From Mobula hypostoma (taxonomy: Eukaryota), in NCBI RefSeq assembly GCF_963921235.1, contig NC_086109.1, positions 35,900,001 through 35,964,000 of the forward strand: a stretch of 64,000 nucleotides of DNA, in the 5' to 3' direction. The notes below the pieces were generated by a model, which saw only the letters and a list, made by a program, of their open reading frames with translations, made no database searches and had not been told where the DNA came from. Below, one piece after another: positions 25,863 to 37,352 of the stretch. Position 1 is the stretch's first letter. Every line of letters begins with the position of its first letter. The position numbers and the translations under genes were made by a program.

Positions 25863-26483
25863 TTCTTTCCAATTAGATTGCTGGCATAATATTTATTTGA
25901 ATTTATAGAAAATGCACATCTGAAAAGTAGAAAGCAAGAGCTGTGTGAGGCTTAAACAAAACAATACATTTTGGTGTATTTGTAGTTCACAATACTGTAC
26001 TAGAATTTAAACTTTCCTCAATTGTGAAATTATCACCAAAATCTCATGGCATTCCTTTGCTATTATAACTGCACTATTAACCAATTTAGATTAAAGAAGA
26101 TGGCTGTTCCTTTTAAATCATGAATAGAAATCGCATTTAAATTAGTGCTATAATCAATACTGGAATAATACTCACAGCATCCAAGTAGCTTTCATGTATT
26201 TCTAGGTGTTGTGAGAAATGAAAATTAGCGTTACTCTGCATAAAGTTTGAAAGACAATTATATGATTCTTGACTTGTTCTCAATGAGAATCTTTAATTGT
26301 GGCAAGTCAAGCCTGGACTTTCTTGAAATCTGTCACCAGTGGAAAAACTACTCCATGTAACTTGCTTGGGCTGGCCTTTCAGAAAATAATCTTTTCTCTC
26401 CAGTTAATTCTTGTGCCAGGATTTTCCATTGCACATGCTTTATGTACAACAGTTTAAGATTGAAACAATTGTCCTCCAATGCA

Positions 26484-26701
26484 TACAGCACATGCTGGAG
26501 GAATTCAGCAAGCCAGGCAGCATTAATGGAAAAGAGTACAGTCAATGTTACAGGCCGAGACCCTTCGCCTGCCGAAGGGTTTCAGCCCAAAACGTCAACT
26601 GTACTCTTTTTGAACAGATGCTGACTGGCCTGCTGAGTTCCTTCAGCATTGTGTGTGAGTGTTGCTTGGAGTTCCAGCATCTGCAGATTTTCTCCTGAGT
26701 T
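26484..26701. mobile_element. Palindromic miniature Penelope derivative (two inverted terminal repeats, no interior)
   Basis: Left arm ...ACAGTCAATGTTACAGGCCGAGACCCTTCG, 5-nt centre CCTGC (26568-26572), right arm CGAAGGGTTTCAGCCCAAAACGTCAACTGT...; possible TSD ATGCA (26479-26483, 26702-26706). Confidence 0.85.
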
Positions 26702-27149
26702 ATGCAGCCATTTCTAGATTGTAGGGCAGCCATGAATGATAAAGTACACATTTAGTAAAATGGCATGTGATATTTTTGTGGAAGAGGAAAGGTTTAACAA
26801 AATAATTCTCTATTTATAGTTTAATAATATAGAAAAAAATCACCTCAACCATTCTTGCTAACATTAAGCAATCACAGAGTCCCTTGTCAGCCTTGTGTGC
26901 CTAGGTTTAATGTCCCATGATAAAGATTTATGCTCAGTCCTCTGCTAATTAGATGAATTAAATCTGTTTACTGATTCACTTGCCTTGAAATCCAATAGCT
27001 TAATGTTCTTCTTCTCCAGGAAACAACCTACAATTGGTGCTCTCCAGAGTAAAATAGTATAACGGTTACTTCTGGGACATATTACATCATGACGAAACTC
27101 AGTTGGGTACTTCCTGGGTTTCACTGGAGCCATAGAATCAGTCACTTGA

Positions 27150-27222
27150 AATTTGTCTGTGGAGAAGAAGAATTTCAGGGTTGTATACTGCATACATACT
27201 TTGAAAATAAATAGTACTTTCC
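27150..27222 (+). repeat. Rex1-type 3' tail fragment
   Basis: AAGAAGAATTTCAGGGTTGTATACTGCATACATACTTTGA matches 40562-40625. Confidence 0.6.
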
Positions 27223-30200
27223 TTTTGCAACATCACAAAGAAATTTGAGCCATATTATCTGGTGCAACATCATTGATTACCTCTGGGACAACATAGTCAC
27301 TACTATCATTGGGCAGGACTGGGATACCACTTGCCAAGTGTGTTAATTACTGGTCCACAACTCCCAGCACAGAATAAACTCCTTCAGCATCTACAATGCT
27401 GCCCCTGCCATCTTGAGTGTTGGACACAATGGGTGTTGAAAGACCTTTTTCCAACATCTATGTCCACACATAAATACAAAATCCAGTCTTCCCCTGCCTC
27501 TCACATACAGATTTTTTTCACAAATCCTTAAGTATTTATGTATCTCTCATTTGCTAATCTACCCCACAAATCCCCATGTCTTTCCCCAACTTCCCATCCC
27601 ACAACTCCCCATTTCAGATGCTAGTGTCTCACATTTTTTCCTTCCTCTCCACTTCCAATTCTTTCCACAGAACCTGAAGAGTCCCTCTCCCAGTTACCTC
27701 CACAAGGAGATGTTATTTTCAATAAGATGCAAAATATCCTCATGTGCATTGGAACCTGCGGTTGATGCCCATAATGCCACATCAGCTGTTTCTCTATATG
27801 GCTGTGATAATCAATTGACTGGAAGCCTGAATGTATCAGTATCCTGTATGAACATTTTGCAGATGTGCAATGCAGTTGCACTGAGGCAGAATGGAAAGAC
27901 CATAGCTAATAGAAGTTAGTTTTTGTTAACCTCATTCAATCTATTAAAATAACAGAGAACAATAAATCAACATAATTTGTTTTCAATGATATCAACAAAA
28001 AAGTTCTGCAAAACTTGGAGATATGACGAGAAAATTTCAGATACCATAAAATCCTGAGTATAAGCTGTGTCTATGTATTACTCACAAGCTTATTTTGGGA
28101 ATTTCATTTTTATGAATGTATTTTTCTGAAGAAATCACCTGCATGTGTTTTCACAATTCTTTATTGATATCTTTGAGTTGCAAAAAGGTACGTGATATGG
28201 GAATAAACATGCTGCTGGATTGTCAGATTTGAAAGGCTAGAAATGCAAATTGTGCATGAGGCTTTTGTTTTTTGTGGAGAGCAGTAAGATAGCCAATTAC
28301 CACAGGTCTTAAATATTCAGGTAGTTGGAATAGAGAAATGGCAGCCAATTAAGTGGCAAGAGTAGAGAGGGAGAATGAACATGAGGACAGTGTGTACAGC
28401 ATGGGCGTTCAGAGATCACTCCTACATGTAAGAGAGTTCAGTTCAAGTGGACGAGTGGAGAGTTCAGTCCACCACATGGCAGGCTCCATTCTTGTAGGTG
28501 AGAGCACCCCATTTGGACTTTAGGGAGGATCTATGGGAAATCCAGTCCAGTTCATGGAGGATACAGTATGGCATATGACGAATCCAGTGGGTGTTCAGAT
28601 TAGTGGTGGGAGACTCCAATCTGACGTAAAGAGGAGGTCAGTTCAACAATTGAAAGAGACTTTTCTGGTACAACATGTGTGAGAGCCCAGTTTGGATCAT
28701 TGGAGTGATTATTTTGACAGCAAGTAGTCAGGGTGACCCAACTCTCAATGTCACCAGCATTTAAAGACTTCATCACACCAGTGCAGAGCATTCCCCCAAC
28801 TTGTCTGTTCCCTTTTTGTACTGCATTTATATTGTTAAAGAGTAGAACATTCGGTGCAAGGGTCTTGAGAAGAAGGCCTAAAACTGAGCTATAGTAACAG
28901 TTTGCATTTCAATTTGCAAAAAGTTCACAGAATCCAAGCTGCAGCTTCAAGCTATACTATTCCCACTACACGGCATTAGACACCGATAATGAAAGTAGAA
29001 TTGTATTTAAGGAGGCTAAAATAATGGCAGGAGTGAGCCAACTATTTCAGACAGTATATGAGATCTGTGCAACACTCTCAGCAGTTGGTATACTCTCCAA
29101 ACTTCCGCCTTTATACATTATAAGTTTCAGGCTCTCACTAAGGGAACATTCAATGTTGGACTATATATGTTGTATTACCAATAAATCTGCTGAAGTCACA
29201 TATGCCTTTCTCACAGATGTATGAAGTTCAAACATCTGTTAACAGTTGAGATTTACAGATTCATCACTTTCACCACTGAGTAATAGAAGGCAGAAGGAGG
29301 TCAGTGCATTTTATGTCCAGACATTATTTGACGCACGTTGTTATTTTTCTCTATTTTGGTGTCTAAAGCAATGATTATGCCATCAACTCTCAAGTGGGTC
29401 ATTTTTATTTTGTTAGAGGTAACTCCTGAGAGAAGCATTTAAACTTATCAAGGCCATATACAATAGGCATGCTATGTCAAAAAACTGTGCATTTCCCTTA
29501 ACCTTCTGTGAACACCACAAGTAAAATATATTAAAGTACATGGAATATGAGTGAAGAAATGGAAAGAACATTCACCTAATTGCAAACGCACCTACATCTA
29601 ACATTCCAAGACTTTATGTGTCACTTACTCATAGTTCCAGAAACAAGCTAATTGGAAATAGCAATGATTAGTAGTTAAATGTTGGATTTTTACTTAGTTT
29701 ATGTACATTGTGCAGATCTGGACACTGCAGGGGTACCTTTTGGCTATCCCTGCAAAGAGGATGATGCTGTTCACAAGGTTTGAAACACAACTTCATAAAA
29801 TTGACAATCAGCTGTGGTCCACATGGGAAAAGGCTCAAAGAAATGGGTTCCAAAGACATAAATGTAATTTGTCCATTTTCACTGAAAAGTGAGTTGAAAT
29901 TGTCTCTGTAGGTAATGATAAATGGTGCTGTAATGCAGATTATAAAATTGATATATTGTAGAAACAACCACAAAACGATATTTGAAACAAATATTTACAG
30001 GAAAGTTAGCTTATACTGAATTTTGTTATTTGCATTTAATGAATTATATGTGTATATTAATCCAGTTAATGTGCTCACATAATTCTTTAATTCCTAAGCA
30101 GCTATCTGTGTTGAACATGATTTAACTTGGGTATGTAAAATGGATGAAAACGTATATAGAGTTTGGTGGAAAGATTGCTCAAAGAGAAAGAAAAACATGG

Positions 30201-31618
30201 AAGAATTTGTAACTGCAAACAAAAACTTTACTACTTCAACAATCAGCTCATTCAGAGAAAAGGTGAAAGCCATAAATTATGTTATAAGATATGGAAAATA
30301 ATCATAAAATTATTGTAAGATTCTGACTGACATTACTCACATTGTCCAAGCAAAATTGAGGAAATGTTAGATGATGTTCCTAGAAATTAGTTACAGAGTT
30401 AATATATTTCCATTTTAGTGGTGTCATATACTCAGTGCTAATTAGAGACAGAGACAAGTACAGGCAGTTAGCCCTGACTAAGTAACTGAGCAAATGCAAC
30501 ACGAGTTGAAAATGTTATGTAAGAAGGTGAGATATTGACAAATGAAGATCCATATAATTCAAATTGATGTCCGCCCTTGGCTCCTCAATAGATTTCAGCT
30601 ACAACATGCTGTGTTCTCGTTTTATTCCCAAGCCCCATGAATATAGCTTGGGAGGCAAACAGATAAGAAGTGTATGTGTTATACAAAGGGTTGAGAAAGA
30701 TACATGGCTGCATGTTGCCTTTTTAACTCACTAGTTCCATCTATTGGTGAGCACAAATCAAATAAGAGAATAGAATATTGAACTAAAAATCTGATCAACC
30801 TCTAAAATTCTTCAAGTAGACTAATTTATAGTCTGTTCTCATTCATGAACACTAGGACTAGTGAACATTAAAGGCAATTCAGAAAAAACTTACGAAGCTA
30901 ATCCTGGGTGTTAATGAACCCAAAGAACAAAGGAAGAGAAGTGAACTGATAGACACATACAATGAAATGAATGATTTGGAATAGATAGGGATAGACTTCC
31001 TTCATCCTGCAAAAGAATGTTGCAGATTCAATTTACAACTCAGATATTTGACTACAAAAAATACCAGTGCATTGCGTGGAGGATATCAAAATGTTGGACA
31101 TGCTACCTTGTAGATGAGATTAAGAGTGTTTCAGTTCTATCAGACACTATCAGTTCTATAATACTGTTTTGATGAATATCAATGTAATTGATAATGGTTT
31201 CCTGGTTATGATTTGTTAAAATAACAGATTGGGCTAGATGTTCAGATAATAATGGTTTTTCTCCCCAGTGTTATGTGAAACTCACTTCTTTTCTGAATTG
31301 CACATTACTGTGACTATTTAGGATTCATTTGGGCATTGTTAGAAAATCAGCTGGAGCGATTTTTTTCCAGATATCATCATTGGACAAAAGATGCTGATTC
31401 AATGTAATCATTCGTCTGTAGATGAGCTCGCATTGTAGCTAACCAACTAGAGATAAACTTCAGTTTCTCTACTTACTGACACTCTCAGGTCTCCATATTA
31501 TCCTCCTTTTTCCAATCCTCACTCAAACTATTAGCTTCTCTGTCACAATCCTAACAGTCCAACGTTGATCTCAAAAGACTTGCCCCCGTGCTATCTCTAT
31601 GCATCCAGAAATCACAAG

Positions 31619-32230
31619 TGTACGGGGTTGTTCTTTATTGTATGTTAAATTTAAAATGGTTTCTTTGTTATGTTATACTTGGGAATGCTTCTTTGTTATG
31701 TTAAGTGCTGAGACAAGTCTCTAGCTAGACATTTGCTTGGGTTAATACAGAGAGCAGGGTGCTATTAGCCAATGGGTGTTCATGTATCGTTGTGTTTTCG
31801 GATGATAATGCTGTCTCATATGACTGGGGATGGAATTTTTGGCGAGGAGTTGGAGGAGAGACGGGGAGGACGGCGGACATGCGGAGAGGCTCTGGTCGAT
31901 CACTTCGGGTGGTCCCGAGCCGTGAGTTGACAGGATCCGGGTGGATGTCAGGAATCGATTGAGCTCCAACGGTTGCGCGCGAAGAACTTGGACTTTGATA
32001 AGTCTTGGCGCCTTTTTTTCATTACTTCCTTTTCTGTATCGAATTTATATTAATGTCATAGACTTAGTAATATCTATAAAGTGTACTTGGCAAAATGTAC
32101 TGGGTGTGCTGGCTGCTGATCGATGTTTGGGATTGATTAGGGCAGCAACCGACTCCGTGGGAAGTGTTGAGGCAGGTGCTTGGTGGGATTTCCCCTAGAC
32201 ATATACAAGCCAATATAACTGAGCGTTACA
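31619..32230 (+). mobile_element. Solo LTR with 4-bp TSD
   Basis: TGTA...TACA flanked by CAAG (31615-31618, 32231-32234); shares TTCTTTGTTATGTTA repeats, GAGCTCCAAC, ACTTTGATAAG..TGGCGCCTTTT and AGTAATATCTATAAA with the reverse complement of the other two LTRs. Confidence 0.88.
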
Positions 32231-32899
32231 CAAGGAATTGAATTCGAATTTGCTTTCTCCAGGCAACCTTGGCAAACTTCTGATGTCCAAATAGGACCCC
32301 TTCTCAAACCCCAGGCATATCCACACCCACATAGGCACTGCTGACATTCTCCTCCCCACCAACCTTTCTACCTACCTCAGAAGCTAAATCACTTGTTCAT
32401 TTTGCTGCATAAGAATATGAGTTTCATATATTATCTTAGATATATTGCTTTTGTGGGAAGCTGGTATGCAAAAACCCACTGCATTGTTTTCTTCAATATA
32501 ACTATCACTCTTTTGAATTCTTTGGAGTAATGAATGAGATAATGTGAATGTAAGTGTCCTTTTTCTTTTGTCTTTAGAAATTTAGTTTTCATTAATATCT
32601 GGTAATAAGGAAATTTGTATAGGTTCAGATGAGGTAATGCTAAACTTAGAGATTTTAAATTGAGATTTTTTTTCTTAACACTAAGATTCTCAATGGAAAA
32701 ATTAATAGAAGTAAAATTTCGGGAATAATTTACAATTAGATGATATGATGCGTGCTTATGGGATCACACTGCTTAATGAGGTAGAACTGGCAAAATCATC
32801 TTCATTGTCCATACCTACCAAGTGAGAGTGAGAGAACATTAATTAACATCTAATCAATACCATTATCATTTTCTCCTGCTTCTTGGAAATAAAATGATA

Positions 32900-33120
32900 T
32901 TGTCTGCTAGAAGAGAGTTGACTGGAAACCCCATCATTTGTTTGTCATACCATCATGATTTGGGATTATTTTGTCATTTAGTCATCACTATTGGATCTAA
33001 CTTCCTATCAACCATCATGTGGGAATATCCTTACCAGAAGAACTGAAGGTATTCTAGAAGGTGGCTGACTACCACATTCTCAAGGGCATTTTTGGATGGA
33101 TAACTTTGCCAACAATGTGT
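32900..33120 (+). mobile_element. Old LINE 3' end (CR1/L2 group)
   Basis: TTCTAGAAGGTGGCTGACTACCACATTCTCAAGGGCA, an FK.A.HHHLLKG-like ORF terminus. Confidence 0.45.
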
Positions 33121-33261
33121 ACATTAGGTAGTTTTGACTGATTCTTTGTGCTGCTGAACAAAGAACTCATGAGATCCTGCTTCATTAATTCATTCCAAAG
33201 TGACTTGGATTATGCAGAACAAAGTGGAATATCATTTTCAGAGACCACTATAATTGGATCC

Positions 33262-33806
33262 TAAATTCAGTAGCGACTTTATACCTATTTGTACGTAGGT
33301 ACCTATTGTGTGTATGTACGTGGTTTCTGCTACTGTAGTCTATCCACTTCTAAACTCAATGTGTTGTGCATTCAGAAATGTTCTTCTGCACACCACTGCT
33401 GTAATGGGTGGTTATCTGAGTTACTGTTGCCCTCTTGTCAGCTTGAACCAGTCTGGCCATTCACAATAACAAGGTGTTTCTGGCCACAGAGATGCTGCTC
33501 ACTGATTCTATTTTTTGTTTTTTTGTGCAATATTCTCTGTAAACTAAAGACTATTGTGCATGAAAATCTAAGAAGATGAGCAGTTTCTGAGATACTCAGA
33601 CCACCCCATCTGGCACCAACAACCATACCACAGTCTAAATCACTTAGGTCCTATTTCTTTCACATTCTGATATTTAGGCTGACCAACAACTGAGCCTCTT
33701 AACCATACTTGCATGTTTTAATACATTGAGTTGTTGCCACGTGATTTGCTAATTAAATATTTGCATTAATGTGCTAGTGTACCTAATAATGTAGTCACTG
33801 AGTGTA
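33262..33806 (-). mobile_element. Internally deleted Tc1/mariner DNA transposon
   Basis: Minus ORF MVVGARWGGLSISETAHLLRFS (Tc1 paired-like HTH); right TIR TACACTCAGTGACTACATTATTAGGTACA (minus strand); degenerate left TIR TAAATTCAGTAGCGACTTTAT; TA ends. Confidence 0.85.
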
Positions 33807-34069
33807 TGTCATTGGCCAAGACCTCTCTCAGGAGAGTATACAAGATACTGCCAACACTTAATGTCCTCCAGGCTACACTATTTAACTGCAAAGTTCAGAG
33901 CAGTTTATACTTCAATGCCTCATCTTCTCAGCAACATAAACTTATACCCTTGCCAGGTACATTACCCGCATGGCTGACTGAAATGCAGCTTTGTATTCAT
34001 TACAGCAACTGAATTCATGATAAATGGGAATCCAATCCATCAGCCAGGTTGATTACTAAAGAATTAGAA

Positions 34070-34272
34070 AGCCCTTAACTCTGAGTGGAGTCATCGTGAC
34101 ACTGTCATGACAGCATTTTTTGAGCAGGCTTTCTTATTTTTATGAGGCCGAGTTGCTAGCTCGACGCTCAACCCAGCACAGATGGAAAACTTGCAAGGGA
34201 GCCGGCTGGATTCGAACTCGGGAGCCTTGGCTCCGAAGTCCAGCGCTGATGCCACTACCCCACCAGCCAGCC
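34070..34272 (-). mobile_element. Short tRNA-derived SINE (third family)
   Basis: Minus strand GGCTGGCTGGTGGGGTAGTGGCATCAGCGCTGGACTTCGGAGCCAAGGCTCCCGAGTTCGAATCCAGCC: A box, B box GTTCGAATCC, then a tRNA-unrelated tail. Confidence 0.8.
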
Positions 34273-34642
34273 AAGGTTGATTACAGTGCTTTGCAATTCT
34301 TTGCGCTTGCCTGCAGATTTCGTTTATTGACTTTGACCTGAACCAAAGGGTGAAACCCCTTCACATCTGTTTAATAGAATTCAAATTCTCTCAGTGTAAT
34401 GAAGGCCAAACAATTTTTGTAAAATATAATAGTTAGTTCATGGTACTCATTATTGTTGAGTAAAAATACTATAGGCAATCTGCAGTATAAATAAGATGTA
34501 CCATGTTCCAAATGCTGGACAAGTGAAATCACTGCATCATTGTGCTTGTCAAAAGCCCCAAATTACCAGCTGTTCATGAACCTTCCCATTGCTTATCATG
34601 AAAATGCTTCTTTCACTTCATCAAAACAAACAACTCTGATCT

Positions 34643-34680
34643 TAAACAATGAGAAATCCGCAGATGCTGGAAATCCAAGC
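34643..34680 (-). repeat. Penelope terminal extension fragment
   Basis: AAACAATGAGAAATCCGCAGATGCTGGAAATCCAAGC is the reverse complement of 60044-60080. Confidence 0.65.
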
Positions 34681-35449
34681 TTCTGATTCTGATCTCAGCT
34701 CTCCTGCATGTTCCTCAGAGATTTTTTTATTTTGATTTTTTTTCCAGTCTTATGATCTCTCTTTATTTTTCCAAATTTGAATTGAGTTCACCCTACTTCA
34801 CTTACTCCGTGTTTCTTTCTATTTCATTGGATATGTTTATGAACCATTTGTTCACATTCTCTCAGATGCCCTGTTAACAACAGTTGCATCAGATTAGTTT
34901 TCCACCTAGTTAAATATGGACATAAGCATTATAATCTGTTACAGCTTCAGGCAGTATCCTTGATATGTATTCTTAGTATGTTCTATTGCAATTCTGAAGT
35001 ACACTTACAGACCACCTTCTATCAGTCAGTCTTCGATTTTCTTTATTTGCCAATCAATGTTGATTGATTTGTATAATCAGTATCATTTATTCAGTTTTCT
35101 TTACTGACTATTGTGATGTACTAAACACTTAATCAGGCTTAAGATCTACAGTATTTTATCTTGTCCTCAGTAACTCTTTGTGCAACTGGATGCTTGATTT
35201 CTTCACTTGCAGACCCCAGTCAGTTTGGATTGACAACAGCATCTCCTCCACAATCACCATCAGCACAGGTCCATCTCAAGGCTGTAAGGAGACAGTCAGG
35301 AGAGGAAGGCCAAGAGTCAGATACTAGAGAGTACCCCTGCGGCTGTCCCCCTTAACAATAATTGCACCTGTTTGAGTACTATTGGGGGGAACGGCCAACC
35401 TGGGGAAAGCAGGACCTGTGGCTCAGATGGGAAGGGAAAGGAAGAGGAT

Positions 35450-35947
35450 GGCAGCAGTGATAGAGGACTCTTATAGTTAGGGGGTCAGACATGTGACTCT
35501 GTGGATGCAGGAAAGAAACTCGGATGGTAGTTTGCCTCCCAGGTGTCAGAGCCCGGAATGTTTCTGATTGTATCCATGATATCCTGAAGTCAGAAGGAGA
35601 ACAGCCAGAGCTCGTGGTACAACGACATAGGTAGGAAAAGAGAGGAGGTCCTGAAAACAGACCACAGGGAGTTAGGAAGAAAGCTGAGAATCAGGACCTC
35701 AGAGGTAGTAATCTTGGGATTACTACCTGTGCCACGTGACAGTGAGTATAGGAATAGAGTGAGGAGGAGGATAAAGGTGTGGCTGAGGGATTGGAGCAGG
35801 GGCCGGGATTCAGATTTCTAGATCATTGGTTCCTCTTTTGGGGCAGGTGTGACCTGTTCAAAAATGGACGGGTTGCACTTGAATCCCAGGGGGACCAATG
35901 TCCTGGCAGGGAGGTTTGCTAAGGCTATTGGGGAGAGTTTAAACTAA
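35450..35947 (+). pseudogene. CR1 ORF1 SGNH/GDSL-esterase-like domain remnant
   Basis: IEDS (block I GDS variant), VVCLPG, ND, ILGLLPVPR, LDHW, DGLHLNPRG (DxxH block V), ending LN*; frameshifted. Confidence 0.78.
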
Positions 35948-36638
35948 AATTGCTGGGGGGGGGGGAGTGGGAATCAAACTGAAGAGATGGAGGAAAAGGT
36001 GGTAGGCTCGCAAATAGAGAAAGTTTGGAGACAGTGCGAGAGGGAGGATAGGCAGTTGTTAGAGAAGGGACATGCTCAGACCAATGGTTTGAGATGTGTC
36101 TATTTTAATGCAAGGAGTATTATGAACAAAGTGGATGAGCTTGAAGCGTGGACTTAGAGCTATGATGTTTTCGCCATTACAGAGACTTGCATGGCTCAGG
36201 GGCAGGAATAGTTATCAAGTGCCAGGCTTTAGATGTTTCAGAAAGGATAGGGAGGGAGGCAAAAGAGGTGGGGGCATGGCACTGTTGATCAGAGATAGTG
36301 TCAGGGCTGCAGAAAAGGAGGAAGTCATGGAGGGATTGTCTATGGAGTCTCTGTGGGTGGAAGTTAGGAAAAGGATGGGGGAAATAACACTACTGGGTGA
36401 TTTTTATAGACCATGCAATAGTAACGGGGACATCGAGGAGCAGTGAAGGAGACAGATTCTGGAAAGGTGTAATAATAATAGGGTTGCTGTGGTGGGAGAT
36501 TTTAATTTCCTAAATATTGATTGGCATCTCCCTAAAATGAGGGGTTTAGATGGGGTAGAGTTTGCTAGATGTGTTCAGGAAAGTTTCTTGACACAATATG
36601 TAGATAAGCTAAAAGAGGAGAGGCTGTACTTAATCTGG

Positions 36639-37352
36639 TGTACTCCCCCGATAAGCCTCAGGGTCACTCAACTCGCTGTTGTCCAGGGGAAACAGCCCTC
36701 GGCCCCACCAAAACGGGGTATTAAATTTGTGTGGATGCTGTGTGATGTACCCCACCCCGCCAAATAACAGACAATGCACCATATATGATTAAATGAATTA
36801 CAATTTATAGATATTACTGGAACTATGTAATTAATAGAGATAAAATATAAAAGGAAAATAAAAGGCGCCAAACTTATCAAAGTTCAATATCTTCACGCAC
36901 AAACAGTTGGAGCTCTAGTAACGATCCTCTCTTTACCATTTGATCCCCTCTGACCACTTCGACCCACCGCCTGGGACCAACCATGGTGGTCGACCAGACA
37001 CTCCACACGAGTCTGTCTTCGTCTCCTCTCCTCGCAGAAGACCCTGGACCTCAGACTCCGACTCGGGTCCACCCCGTCGGGCCACTCACAGCATCCCGTC
37101 CGCTCTCTCTGTCTCTATCGTGCCTTCTCCCCCAAAACCCGCGCATCACAATAGCTTACAGACACACTAGAAAGAATAACATCTATCACAATTGGTTCGT
37201 TTGCTCTCTTATCAATAATTAACACAACCAAGCTGCTAGCGAGAAAATTTTCTCAGCAGTTAACATAACAAAGAAGCTGCTTTAATTATTACATAACAAA
37301 GAAGCCATTCTAATTAGCCTACACAGTAACATAAAAGAAGAAACCCCTTACA
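36639..37352 (-). mobile_element. Solo LTR with 4-bp TSD inserted in the CR1 APE domain
   Basis: TGTA...TACA flanked by CTGG (36635-36638, 37353-37356); removal restores CTTAATCTGGTATTGGGAAATGAA (LNLVLGNE). Confidence 0.92.

Noticed and set aside
26945..27193. 82-aa minus ORF with an apparent splice acceptor
   Set aside because: The acceptor-like tract lies in a Rex1-type tail repeat and the peptide is unrecognisable.
27290..27760. Ancient Penelope remnant
   Set aside because: Only faint resemblance to the linker region; too degenerate to support.
28330..28800. Purine-rich block with repeated AGTTCAGT motifs as an exon or LTR
   Set aside because: No long ORF, TG...CA termini, TSD or second copy found; left unannotated.
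34200..34272. Functional tRNA gene
   Set aside because: It continues into a SINE body without a T-run terminator and the cloverleaf is imperfect; the same holds for the heads at ~6560-6630, 18055-18120 and 50900-50965.
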